From assembly GCA_028534125.1 (NCBI GenBank), contig CM052816.1:1364001-1428000 (forward strand): a stretch of 64,000 bases of DNA, in the 5' to 3' direction. Shown here piece by piece: positions 1 through 13,039 of the stretch. Both the position numbers and the translations under genes were made by a program. The first letter of the stretch is position 1. Each line of letters begins with the position of its first letter. Origin of the DNA: Lama glama (lineage: Eukaryota). The notes beneath the pieces were generated by a model that worked only from the letters and a program-made list of their open reading frames with translations, was not told the DNA's origin and searched no databases.

Positions 1-225
1 CCTGTGCTGTACAGCATAAACTTGCTTATCTATTTTATATATACCAGTCAGTATCTGCAAATCTCAAACTCCCAATTTATCCCTTCCCACCCTCTTCCCC
101 GCCAATAACCATAAGTTTGTTTTCTATGTCTGTGAGTCTGTTTCTGTTTTATATATAAGTTCATTTGTTTTTGTTTTTTTTTTAAGATTCCAGATATGAG
201 TGATATCATACGGTATTTTTCTTTT
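1..225 (-). mobile_element. L1 3'-end fragment (truncated by the window edge)
   Basis: Same family as 45760-46100 (aaatctcaaactccca..ttatccct; tatgtctgtgagt; gtgatatcata..gtatttttcttt). Confidence 0.8.
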
Positions 226-364
226 GGCTTAAGGAGAGGCTACTCTAAGGGAATACAGAAAAAATAAAATGGGTGGTGGTGATGGCAATCAAAATATTAA
301 AATCAGGCCACATTTCCCTAGTACTACCCAAGAGGGAGGTGCTTGGGTTGTAATGGTCCTCTGT

Positions 365-800
365 TGTATTGGTTAGGATTTCTGGATGCAAGCAAAAAGA
401 CTATCTCAGGCAAAAAAAATTTCTGAAGGGCGTATTTACTGGAATGCTACTGTGGGGCTCACACAATCAATGGAGACCTAAATGATAGGTTTAGAGAACA
501 GGCAGGACTCGAGGCAGCTCTGTTAAGTCAAGAAGCAAGAAAACACTAAGTGCCTTCCAGTGGAAGAGACTGGTCAAGACAGGGCTGTAATAGCAGCCAA
601 TAAATTCTAACCACTCCCTTTTCTTTGCCCTATCCAGATTTAAAGTTTTGGTCAGAAGCATCCAATGAGCCAAGTGTAGGTGACATGGCTCAGCAGTCAG
701 AGACTGGAGTGAGGGACATGGGGGGCTGCCACCCAGCAAGATTATAGCACAAGGGAATTCCTCCACACAGGAAGGGGGATTGGATGCTGGAAGCCAAGAA
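365..800. mobile_element. Old MaLR (MLT1-like) LTR remnant
   Basis: Begins tgtattggttagga...gcaagcaa and ends with ggaagggggattggatgctgg, typical of late MLT1 subfamilies. Confidence 0.5.
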
Positions 801-852
801 AACTCCAGAACAAATCCTGTTAAAAATTATTTCAACTCCAAACAGACAAAGC

Positions 853-2178
853 AAACTTGACAAGGGAGAACAAAGCTGGAGGCATCATGCTCCTTGATTT
901 CAAACTACACTACAAAGCTACAGTAATTAAAAACCAGTATGGTATTGGCATAAAAACACATTGATCAATGGAACAGAACAGGGAGCCCAGAAATAAACCC
1001 ACATATATATGGTCAATTAATTTATGACAAAGGAGCCAAGAATATACAATGAGGAAAGAACAGTCTCTTCAATAAATGGTCCTGGGAAAACTGGACAGCC
1101 ACATGTAAAAGAATGAAAATGGACCGCTATGTTATAACATACACAAAAACAAACTCAAAGTGGATCAAAGACTTGAACATAGTAAGACTTGAAACCACAG
1201 AACTCCTAGAAGAAAACAAAGGCAGTAATGCTCCTTGATACAGGTCTTGGTGATGATTTTCTGACTCTGACACCAAAAGCAAAAATAAACAAGTAGGACT
1301 CCACCAAACTGAAAAGCTTCAGCACAGCAAAGGAAACCATCAACAAAATGAATGGACGAAAATATTTGCAAAGCATCTATCTGATAAAGGGTTAATAGCC
1401 AAACTACATAAAGAGCTCATACAACTTAATAGCAAGAAACCCTCAACCTTATATAAAATGGGCAGAAGATCTAATAGACATTTTCCCAAAGAAGACATGA
1501 AGACATACGTGGCCAACAGGTACATGAAAAGATGTTCAACATCATTAATCATCAAGGAAATGCAAATCACAACTACAATGAGATATCATGTCACACTTGT
1601 CAGAATAGCAATAATTGATAAGACAAGAAATAACTGTTGGCAAGAATGTGGAGAAAAGAAAACCCTTGTGAAATGTTGGTGGGAATGTAAATTGGTGCAG
1701 CCACTATGGAAAACAGTATGGAAGTTCCTCAAAAAATTAAAAATAGAACCATCATATGATCCAGCAATTCCACTCCTGGGTATTTATCTGAAGAAAATGA
1801 AAACACTAACTCAAAAAGATATCTGCCCCTCCATGTTCACTGCAGCATTATTGACAACAGGCAAGATACAGAAACAACCTAAGTGTCCATCAATGGATGA
1901 ATGGATAAAGAAACTGTGGTATATGTAGACAACGGAATATGATTCAACAATAACAAAGAATGAAATCTTACCATTTGCGACAACATGGATGGATCTCAAG
2001 GGCATTGTGCTAAGTGAAGTAAGCAAGAGAAAGACAAACACCATATGCTCTCTTTTATACGTGGAGTCTAAACAAAACAACAAATCCAAACAAAAACCCA
2101 AGTTCATAGGTCAGGGCTTGGGTAGGGGCAGGAGAAATGGATAAAGAGGTATTAAAAAAATTTGTTTTAATTAAAAAA
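853..2178 (+). mobile_element. L1 fragment: 3' part of ORF2 plus 3' UTR and A-rich tail
   Basis: ORF 1458-1928 is the L1 ORF2 C-terminus (MKRCSTSLIIKEMQI...[16 protein letters not shown]...[11 protein letters not shown]...KQPKCPSMDEWIKKLWY). Confidence 0.92.
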
Positions 2179-2665
2179 GTTATAAAATGATTTCAATTAG
2201 GGTAAAACCAAAACCCTGTATTAGTGAATCCATTCGATCAATTTTAAATTCACACAAAAACAGCCCCCTGCATACGTCACTGGCTAATAAAGTTGTCAAT
2301 GAAAAGTTGGTTTCACATTAGAAAATATATTAATGCAAGGTAGCATGTTGATAAGTTAAAAGAGAAAATTATATGATCACATGAATAAATGCATCACAGG
2401 TCTGAAAGGTCTGTAATATATTTTTTAAAAACAGTTACATCAAAAATAAAAATTCTTTAGAGAAGAGCAACTCATCAAGTTATTAGTTTAATGTCCACCC
2501 ATTAACAATTTTCAATCTCTCTGCTTTAACTCTAGTTTCAAGCTACTTTCTGATCTATAATCTGTTCTCCAGTGCCAACTTATCAGGAATGTTGTATGAA
2601 CATGAATTAGTCACTTAGACTGTCAGACCAGGCTCTTGTGAAGTGTGAGTGTGAGTGAGTGTTGA

Positions 2666-2691
2666 GTGTGTGTGTGTGTGTGTGTGTGTGT
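2666..2691. repeat. (GT)13 microsatellite preceded by (GTGA)-type units
   Basis: Read directly from the sequence. Confidence 0.95.
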
Positions 2692-4419
2692 TAAGAGTTT
2701 AATCATCATTTGGTAAATTTAGAACATTAAGATCCCAATGGGAAAAGCCTAGATCCAAGGTACACCCAGAAGGAATTACTGATAAGAGCCAGCCTGAGCA
2801 GGCAGCCCGAGAAAAGCTCACGGTGCCCTTGTAAGTTGGCCTAAAAGCTGAATGAGCAGAGAGATGGGCTCCAGAACGGATTTCAAAGGCCAATTTTTCT
2901 CAGGAAGGCATTTTATTTTTTCAACTGATAAATCACAACTCAGTGACCCAGTGAGCAGTAAACAATGGAAAAGAGTTGCTGCTTCCACAGACTGTATAAA
3001 TTGAGGATTAATGCAATTATCAATATCATGCTGAACATCTCCTAGGAAACAGCTAAAAATAGCACTCTGAAGAGAAAGCTGCACTCTCTCAGCTGTGCCA
3101 AGAGACTAACTTGATCCCAGTACAAAGACTAGGATTTATTCTGCTGCTGGAACATCCCTTTTTTCCAAAGGATGGCACACATCCTGTGTAACGTTACTGG
3201 AATCCAAGGACAGATTTTACAGTGCGTTAGGTCTGACTTAGCACGCTGAGTGCCAGGAGCATTCACACATAAATGAACTGGCAGTGCTGGGATTCTGCTG
3301 CATTCTCAGGTGCAAATCTTTCAGGTTCTGGTCTAACTCGGTTAGGAGTCCTCTCGCACGCCTCCACAATGCCTTTTTAACACATTCTAGAGAGGCCTCA
3401 CTGGGAAACGTCTGCTCCAGAATTATATTTTCATAAGAATGGGAGCCAAAGAAATGTTACAGGCCTCTTTACTCAGTATTTCTCCCAGTCACTGAAAACT
3501 CGGGGGTGGGGAATAGCGACATTACTCTGCACTGTAAATCGTCACAGGAATTGTCAAGGAAAACCCTAAGCAGACAATGCCCTTGATGAATGGAGTTTAT
3601 TTCAATAATTACTACGACCGCAAACTTCTCAGCCTGGTAGTCAAAGTGGTATATAACCTATATCAGGATAGCACTCCACTACTTAAAATCTGTGATCACA
3701 TACATTAGCTCATTTGCTTTTCAAGACAATTCTGAGAAGTAGGAGGGAGGTATTGACCTATTTTACAGGTTACAGAAATCAAGATTCAGAAATCTCTTAT
3801 TCTTCACAACAAACTTCTATTCCAACCCACTCAACCTTATCTCCCAGGACTACACAAGTCCTCTCTTCCAGACAGTCCGATCTTCCCATCTTTTATTCTT
3901 CATTCCATTCTTTTGCCTACGCACCCACCTTGGAATGCCTTTGTTTCCCTCCTACATTTTCCTTCCAATTGCCCAAAGCACATTTTCCTGTTTTCAAAGT
4001 CTGGCACAAACCTTATCTCCTCTCCAGGACTACCTTTCACTTCCTTCCCCACATGATCTTCCTCTGAACGCAGACTGAACGTAATGCCTCTAATTTGGCA
4101 ATTCAATTCCACCTCACAGGGTTTTTTTTTTAAATTAAAGGAGAATAAAAAAGCACTGCAGAAAGTCTGGAATGTTACCTAACGCTTAAATGGTTTTCTG
4201 GGTTGAAGAACACTGCACATCCCTGGGCAAGAGGGCCCCGGCAAGGTCCTCTTCTGACTGCACCCTTCCTCCCATGGGGCCCTTTTAGCCTGTGCTCCAG
4301 ATTTCCTGCTTAAGTCTACTTAGCTCACTTCCAGGATCTGCATAAACCTTTGCCTGGATCTGTCCCACTAAGGGCGGGCTTTGCTACAGGTGTACGTTAT
4401 ATTCCAGGTGCAATACTTT

Positions 4420-5070
4420 CTACTCTGCTTTCCTCGGACCTGGAATCAGCTTTCTCCAAGGAGCCCTGGATTCTTTCAGTGGGGAATGGTATTTAGAAAC
4501 CAAGGTCTAAGTGCCAGTATGTTCACTGTTACTAAGGAGTCACTGGTTTTAGGCCCTCTCAGTGAAGATACCCATGGAAATACATCTTAAAAAAACCAAA
4601 GCAAAGCAAAACAAATACCACAGAAGTCAGAAAATACATACAAGTCAAATCTTGTATGCACGTATCCATGAAAGTGAAAACCACGTCAACTCCCACAGTA
4701 AAAACTGGTTCCCAGTCACGGCAATATATTTTCTCCTTCGCTCTACTCTATAATAAACAAAAAAGTTTCAAAATTACTATATGAATATCACTACCTATAA
4801 CCTACAACGCAAAGTTCAAGATCTCACTGCAGTTCTGACTTTACAATATAACCTACTAAGGGTGTACAGCCAGAGTACTATGTCCGAAGTTACTGTAATT
4901 ATCTTCTCTGTGCAATCAATTGGATACAGTTATGTTATATGGAATCAATCTGATACAGATACATTAATTTGTTTCTGTCTATAATCCATTTTAAGGCTTA
5001 ATTTTCCTTATCCTTTCTAATTTAATTTTAATATTTGAACGTGTAGAATATTTACATAGTTCAAAACTCA
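4420..5070 (-). mobile_element. Old L1 (L1MC-like) 3' fragment
   Basis: Contains ctggaatcagc..tctccaaggagccctgg..ggggaatggtatttagaaaccaagg, recalled from L1MC 3' ends. Confidence 0.55.
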
Positions 5071-6809
5071 ATACTAGGTGGGACTTCTGATGTGGCTGAA
5101 TGAGGAGGCTGCCATATCCTCTAACCTAAAAGCAACTATGAAACTGGACAAAAAGATCAAAAACAACTATTTCAGAGTCCTGGAAACTGACTAAAGGTTT
5201 ATAAAAAAGTGAGTTATAGTTATTCATGAAAAACTACTGAACATGAGGAAATAACCATGGAAATCTGTGGCGTACTTGCTAGAGACCGCTTCTTCTCACC
5301 ATTCAATGCTGTAATTCTAACCCAGCAAGGCAGGCTGTGAATAACCAGCGGGTTCACGGCTGGACGAGGCTGACTTGATTCTAAGAGGGTGAAATAACCC
5401 ATGCCCAGGGGTGCTGCAATCTGAGTGGCAAGCAAATGGGGAAGGTCAGGGGTTCTACTAATCTGTGGCTGAGGCCCTGGTTGGGCAAGTAACGGACCCA
5501 TGGACTAGACAGAACTATGTAACAGGGGGATATAAAACAGTCATCGAGGCACTTGCTAAGCTCTTCAAATTTCCTGGGCTGACTGGAGTTCCTGTGCACA
5601 CTTGGAGAGGATGGAGAAGACTGAAATTATTCAAAATTATTCAACACATCCTGTTCTATCAGGAGGCAGGGGAGACACAAGAGGGTTCAGTTGGGGCAGA
5701 CTTGAAAACTATCTGAACTTGGAATATACTTTTACACCCACACACAGATCCACTGACAGGAGGTAGGAGCCTTATCGACTTGAAGTACTCGAACATAAAT
5801 CTCTGACCAGTTATTGGATGACCACTAAGTTGTGCAGAAACAGAAGCAACCCCAAGAAAGCCAGACTTAAAAACAAGAAAACAAAACCCAACTGAGCAGA
5901 GCCATCAGTGGCCACCTATCCCAGAGGAAATGAATTGCACAGCTTAAGTACAGGCAAATAACAGCAACAACAACAACAACATTTTTTTAGAGCAGAGAAA
6001 GATTTATTACAAGGCCAAGCAAGGAGAATGGCTGGCTCAAGCTCAAAAAACTCGAACTCCAATACAGGTAAATTACTAAACAAAGGAGCAGACAGGCAAA
6101 AGAGCAACAGAAAATATCTGGGGGGTGAGCATGGGGTGGAGGTCAGAGCTGCTACAATATTACTTAATACGCCCAGTTTCAACAAAAAATTACAAGACAT
6201 GCAAAGAGACAGGAATAGTTCACCCATAATCAGAAAAAAAACGTGGTCAATAGAAACACCTGAGTAAACACAGATATGAGATCTAACAGACTCAAAAGTG
6301 ACTCAATTTGTTGAAAGAACTAAAAGCAATGTGTTTAAAGGCTTAAATGAGAGCATGAAGACAATGATTAAAAAACAGAGAACCACACAAAAGGGACAGA
6401 TATTATCTAAAAGGAAAAACAAAATTTAAAAAGCTGAAAAGTTCACTAACTGAAATGAAAAATTCATAGACAGGCTCAAAAGCATATTCAAATTGGCATG
6501 AGAAATAAGTAAACTTGAAGTCAGAGCAACAGACAACCAATGTGAAGAACAAAGAGCAGAAAAAAGATGGAAAAAAGTGAACAGACCCTTTACAATATAT
6601 GGGATGAGTGTTCCAGAAGAAGAGAAAGAGAAAACATATTTGAAAAAATAATGACTGAAAATCTTAAAATTGTGATAAAAAATGTTAATCGACAGATCCA
6701 AGAAACTCAGTGAACCCAAACACATAGATCCAAATCTAGAGACACCAGAGTCAAACTGTTCAAAGACGAAGAGAAAATCTGAAAGCAACAAGATAAAAAC
6801 AACTTATCA

Positions 6810-6994
6810 GGAAACAAGATTATACTGTATAGCACAGGGAAATATATACAAGATCTTGTGGTAGCTCACAGCGAAAAAGAATGTGACAATGAATGTATGC
6901 ATCTTCATGTACAACTGAAAAATTGTGCTCTACACTGGAATTTGACACAACATTGTAAAATGACCATAACTCAATAAAAAAAGTTAAAAAAAAA
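6810..6994 (+). mobile_element. Short young L1 3'-end insertion within the older L1 ORF1
   Basis: Shares its terminal sequence with 11801-11900 (actgaaaaattgt..cactggaatttgacacaaca.tgtaaaatga..caataaaa) and has a poly-A tail. Imperfect flanking repeat aacttatca/aacttacca. Confidence 0.8.
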
Positions 6995-7913
6995 CTTACC
7001 ACGTATAATGGAACAACAGAACTATTAATATCTAGTTTCTTACCAAAAACAATGAAGGTCAGGGGCTGTGTAATGACATATTCAAAATGGTGAAAGAAAA
7101 AAAGACCATCAATCAAGAAGTAGATATTTAGCAAAACCATACTGCAAAATGAAGGCAAAATAAAGACATTCAGAGATGAAGACAGAGAATTTGCTGCTAC
7201 CAAACTTGCCTTACAAGATACACTAAAGGAAGTCCTTTGGACTGAAAGATGACACCAGATGGTAAATCTATATGAAGAAATGAAGAGCATTAGAAATGGT
7301 AAATACATCAAAGGCTCTATAAATATATTATTTTCTCTCTTCTTTTAATTTCAAACAAAGATTATATAAAATAACAATTATAGCACTACATGATTGGGTT
7401 TACAAAATATTTTGATATAATGTTTATGACAATGGTAGCACAAAGGAATGGGGAGGAAATGGAGCTATACTGAAGCAAAGTTTCTATCCTCCCCTAGAAT
7501 TGCATTAAATTAAACTAAAATAGACTGTAATAAGATGTATATTGTAATCCATACAGCAACCACTAAAAAAATTTAGCTAAGAAAACAGTTGAAAAATTAG
7601 AAATGTTAAAATGGTACACTAAAAAAATTATCTAACACAAAAGAAGGCAATAAAAGAAACAGGAATAAAAAAGACATGGAACATGTAGAAGACAATATGG
7701 CTGATGTAATAAATTCAACCATGTCAATAAGCACATTAAATGTGAATGGACTAAACACCCCAATCAAATGGCAGAGACTGTCAGACTGGATTTAAGATTC
7801 AACCATATGCTGTCTATAAGACACACTTTAGATTCAAAGACACAAACAGGTTGAAAGGAAAAGGATGGAAAATATATAACATGCAAATAACCACCATACG
7901 AGAGGAGAGTGGC

Positions 7914-8246
7914 TGTCTTAGTCAGTCTGGGCTGTTATCACAAAAGTACCACAGATTGGGTAGCTTATAACCAACATTTATTTCTCACAGTTCTGAAAGT
8001 CCAAGATCAAGGCACTGGCAGATTCAGTGTCTAGTGAGGGCCTGCTTCCCGCTTGCTTTAACATCACATGACAGAACGGCCAAGGGAAGTTTTTTTGGTC
8101 TCTTATTAGGGCACTAACTCCATTTATGAGTGTTCCACCCTCATGACCTAATTATTTCCAAAGGCTCCATCTCTTGATACTATCACATTGGGAGTTAGTT
8201 TTTAAGATACAAATTCGGGGGGGATGAAAACATTTAGTCTATACCA
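7914..8246 (-). mobile_element. MaLR LTR (MLT1/MST-like) nested in L1
   Basis: tgtcttagtc..gggctg..aaagtaccacagattgggtagctta..atttatttctcacagttctg..aagtccaagatcaagg. Confidence 0.85.
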
Positions 8247-11177
8247 ATGCCTACAGAAGTATCAGAAAAAAGTTTTTAACATAAGAAATATTACTAGAGA
8301 CAAAAAAGGAATGATTTCATGATAATAAAGGAATCAATAAATCAAGAAAACATAACAGCAATAAATGTAAATGTACCTAACAGCAGAGTTATAAAATACA
8401 TAGAGAAAAAGAATTCAAAGGAGAAAAATAATCCACCATTCAATTGTTAAAGATTTCAGTATCTCACTATCAGAAACTGATAGAAGTATGGAGAAATATA
8501 CACAAAACAAAGTATAGCCTAACACATTGCTGTAAAATATACATCCATATAATTAATAAGATTAAGAAAGAGAACAAACTGCCAGAACCTCAGAAGTTTC
8601 CCATGTGCCCCTTCCAAATCTGTAACACCCTCTCTCTCACCCCAACCCCATATCCCCAAGCACTCAATCTACTGTCCGTGAATTAACTTGAAGGATAATT
8701 TATAGATAACTGACTGAGGTTAGTACGCTTCCAAAAAACTGTAATATCCACTTATGCTTACCACCTTGGGGAAAAAATGTGTCCAGAACTGACTCTTAAG
8801 AGATCTTCAAGGTTCCAGACCCCTAAGCATTTCGCAGTCTACACTCAGTGTTGATTTCTGACTTAGTTATAACTAACGCTTTCAGATTGCTTTTATGCGC
8901 TAGTCATTTAATCCTCACAACAACTTTGTGAGATAGGTACTATTATTATCCCATTTTGCACCAAGCTGGGACAGAGTTGTCTAACCTTTCATGCTCTTAA
9001 TCGCAAGACTATATTGTCTTCCACAGGTATGGAAATAAAGAATTGTTTGCAGGAAGAAGAAAGTGAGCAAGACACAGGAACTCCTGTAAAAAGGTAGTAA
9101 GCACAGAGCTCATATGCTTCGGTCTTAAAGAAAACGTCATTTTTAAAATTCCCTTGCTACCAAGAATTAGGGCACTTGAAAAGAGGATGACACTCCTCCA
9201 GAACATGTCACTGGGTCCCAGAGATCTGATCCATAGTCATTTTGAGACCTACATTAAAAATAACCTCTACCTCGCTGAATCAGGGACTTGCATCACAGTT
9301 CTTGGGTTTTTATTCTACAGTTAATCCAAGGCCATTTTCCATTGAGTGAGCAAAATGGGCTCCCTGCAGGTGTATGAATTCAATTTGCAAGTGTTTAAAA
9401 CCTACTCTTTGCCCTCACAAATACAGGGATGCTCAGGGTCTTTTATTTTATTCTATTTTCCAGGAAATTAATTTCTTGGATTATAGAGTAAAATGCAGAA
9501 GTTCCCCCATCACATGGAGGAAATGTACTCTTAAAGATGAAACTGAAATATTATACCACAGAAAACCATCTCAACAGCATGCTTCTATACTTTTAAACTA
9601 AACAGTTCTCCAGTTATTTAAAAATTTGATTACCATTCAAATCTTTGGTGATCCAACCTTGTCTAAATGAGGTTCTTTGTTTTGATAAATAATGCCACTA
9701 TAAATATATATCTGATAATCTGAAGAACAGGAAGAAGATGAGCATTTGGGAAAGGATACAAATTTGGTCTTAGTTGACACTAAAATTTCACTAGATCATT
9801 GATGCAAAGATGGACTGTTACAAATGGTGCTGGGATAAATTGCAGTCATTTGGAAGAAGAAAAAATTAGATTGCTATGTCACACCATACACAAAAATACA
9901 CTCCAAGAGGATTGCAGACCTAAATGTAAAAAGTGAAACCATGTAAGTACTAGAAGAAAACAGGTGAATACCTCTTTGACCTCAATGTGGAGAATGGCTT
10001 TCTAACTATGACTCAAAATTCTAGAGAACTCCACTGAAACAACTTTAAATACTGCTGTAACTTGGTAAAAGTGTCTGAAGGTGCTCCTTCATTCCCTTAC
10101 TAATCATAAAAAAAACCACTCGCCACCAGAGACCCTGACCCTCTCAGTGCAACAGCTGGCCAGGGACATTCCCTATACTTTAGGTCAGTGAACACAACAT
10201 AAACACACTTGACTTGGAGCTTACAACTGTATGTCCCTTCTATCATTGTTAAATGATACAAACTTGCATTAAGTAAATTAAAAAAAATCTTAATTAAATA
10301 ATTCTATAGTAAGCATGTGTTTACCAGACAACAGGAGAAAACCAAGAGGTTCACATCGCCAAGTTAATCTCCATATTGTAAATCTACCAGCAGCTCTCTG
10401 CTTCCCTCTGCAGCTTCGTAAAGTAATTGCGACAATACAAAGCAGCACAAACTTTGAAGTCAAGCACAGTCTGAGTAAAAAGGAGAATTTTGAAAAACTG
10501 CATACTTGCTAAAGGGCTGAAAAATGGAAGCACATCCAACAAAACTTTCTGCTTCAGTCCTACCTAGGTGTGCTGAGAAAACTACACACTGACAGGGTTA
10601 GAGACACCAGTCATACAAATGATTCTGAAGGGAATTCTTTATCATTAAAAAGGGAACCAAAGCTTCAGTTTTGTTTTCTTTCAAATCAGACATCATTTGC
10701 TTTATACATACAGACATGTTCACTCTTTCCACGAGTCACTTTTTTCAGAAGTTGGCTTGGAGCTGGGAGGGTGGAGCTCCAGATTTAAGCTGCAGCCAGA
10801 ACCCGACTCTCACTAAATCTTATCATTCTGAGGAAAGATGACTGATCATGGAAATACTTTGTTTCTTAACTCAGAAAATTCCATTTTCCAAAACTCAATT
10901 TAATAGAAATAAATTTCCTTATTTTGGTACTGTTTAAATTCTCCCCAAAAGTCATTTTTTTTCTTTTTCTGACCTTGAGCACAGATCACGGTAAAAGAAA
11001 ACATCCCGTTAGTAAGCTCATCTTTTGATGCTGGATGCAGTCAGTACTCTGGTTAGCCAATACTTCTTGTTTTGGGAGCTTAGTCACCTGTGTCAGTCTA
11101 GCTCTCTGTTTCCCAAATTGTGGCCACAGTTCTACCCACACCAAAATGACCTAGGAGATAAGCAACAAGGATTTACT

Positions 11178-11901
11178 TGAAAGAATTATACACAGAAAAC
11201 TATAAACCATTGATGAAGGAAATTAAAGAAGACTTTAAAAAATGGAAAGATATTCCATGCTCTTGGATTGGAAGAATCAATATTGTTAAAATGGTCACAC
11301 NNNNNNNNNNNNNNNNNNNNNNNNNNNNNNNNNNNNNNNNNNNNNNNNNNNNNNNNNNNNNNNNNNNNNNNNNNNNNNNNNNNNNNNNNNNNNNNNNNNN
11401 NNNNNNNNNNNNNNNNNNNNNNNNNNNNNNNNNNNNNNNNNNNNNNNNNNNNNNNNNNNNNNNNNNNNNNNNNNNNNNNNNNNNNNNNNNNNNNNNNNNN
11501 NNNNNNNNNNNNNNNNNNNNNNNNNNNNNNNNNNNNNNNNNNNNNNNNNNNNNNNNNNNNNNNNNNNNNNNNNNNNNNNNNNNNNNNNNNNNNNNNNNNN
11601 NNNNNNNNNNNNNNNNNNNNNNNNNNNNNNNNNNNNNNNNNNNNNNNNNNNNNNNNNNNNNNNNNNNNNNNNNNNNNNNNNNNNNNNNNNNNNNNNNNNN
11701 NNNNNNNNNNNNNNNNNNNNNNNNNNNNNNNNNNNNNNNNNNNNNNNNNNNNNNNNNNNNNNNNNNNNNNNNNNNNNNNNNNNNNNNNNNNNNNNNNNNN
11801 GAATGACTGAAAAATTGTACTGAACACTGGAATTTGACACAACACTGTAAAATGATTATGAATCAATAAAAATGTAAAAAAAATTAAAAAAAAAACAAAA
11901 A
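11178..11901 (+). mobile_element. Young 5'-truncated L1 spanning an assembly gap
   Basis: ORF2 peptide [38 protein letters not shown] lies left of the gap; the L1 3' end and poly-A lie right of it. Perfect 14-bp TSD AACAAGGATTTACT at 11164-11177 and 11902-11915. Confidence 0.92.
11301..11800. other. Assembly gap (500 N)
   Basis: Run of N. Confidence 1.
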
Positions 11902-13039
11902 AACAAGGATTTACTGCTGAGCATAGGGAATTATAGTCAATATCTTGCAATAACCTATAACAGAATATAATCAGGAAAAAAAAAAAAGCTGAATCACTAT
12001 GCTGTACCTGAAACTAACACAGTATTTTAGAATCAACTACATTTCAATGAAAAAAAAATGACCTGGAGATGTTTGTTAACAAAGCAGATTTCTGGGTGCC
12101 ACTTCCCAAGTCTGTGGTATCAGACACTTCTCAGGGATTTGTACAGTAAGTTTCCTGTGATTCTTAGCCACAATAAAGTTTGAGAATCACTGATCTACAC
12201 AAAGAGATCTTCCTTAATAAACACAGGAAACACTGAATGCTACTTTAACTATTTCATCAGCAAGTAACTCCCAAATGTTTTAGAGTAAACAACCCTTACC
12301 TCCCTGGTTTAAACTCAGCATCAGAAATCTAAGGCCCTTCCAGCTGCTAAATTCTAGGATTTTATTTAATTCCTTGTCAGAAGCATTCATTTTAAACCCA
12401 ATACTGGTAAAACTCTTCTAAGAAATTAGTAAATATGGCAACCTTAGTTCAAAAGGACGCCCATTAGAAAGGAAATAAAAGGTAAACAACAAATCAGAAA
12501 GGGTTTTCTCATGAAGTTAATTAAAAGAATATGCAGGCCACTACAGAAAAGTTACTGAAAACTTTCTAGAAGCAAGAAGAGAATTGTTCCCTGCAAACAT
12601 GCCCACTGTTACACTGATATGATTATGAAAATAATGCAGTGAGGTAGCAGAAACATGGAAATCAAAAGGATCAAGAAATGTGGGATTTAAGAAAAATGAG
12701 AGAACTAGGGAAAGACTTGATAAGAGAACTTCGGTTCTAAACCAATACTTCAATAGTGGCTCCTGGCTGGAGGTTAAACAGTGTTAAAGGAAAGTCCAAT
12801 CCTTTTCAGTTTCAGAACCCAAGGAAAATGTTTTAAAATCCCATTAACTATGTGCTTTGAGTCCAAGTTCACCAAGCAACAGACTTCTATATCCCTTGCT
12901 TAAATGGATCTATGTATGTATCTATTTGTAAATGAATGCTGTGTGCAAACAACTGGCACCACGGAGCAAACCCATTAAAATAGCAAAATCTCCATTTGGC
13001 CTTACAAATCTTTTTCATATGCAGGCAAGAATTAAATCA

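Larger units (their letters stand above)
5075..8480 (+). mobile_element. Degenerate ancient L1 (5' region, ORF1 and the start of the ORF2 endonuclease) carrying nested insertions
   Basis: A-rich ORF1-like remnants at 6130-7300. Endonuclease-start words (attaaatgtgaatggactaaacaccccaatcaaa..atatgctgtctataagacacactttagattcaaagacaca) at 7735-7850. Confidence 0.8.

Noticed and set aside
11177..11950. Several 180-254-aa ORFs
   Set aside because: Composed mostly of X from the assembly gap; the remainder is L1 sequence.
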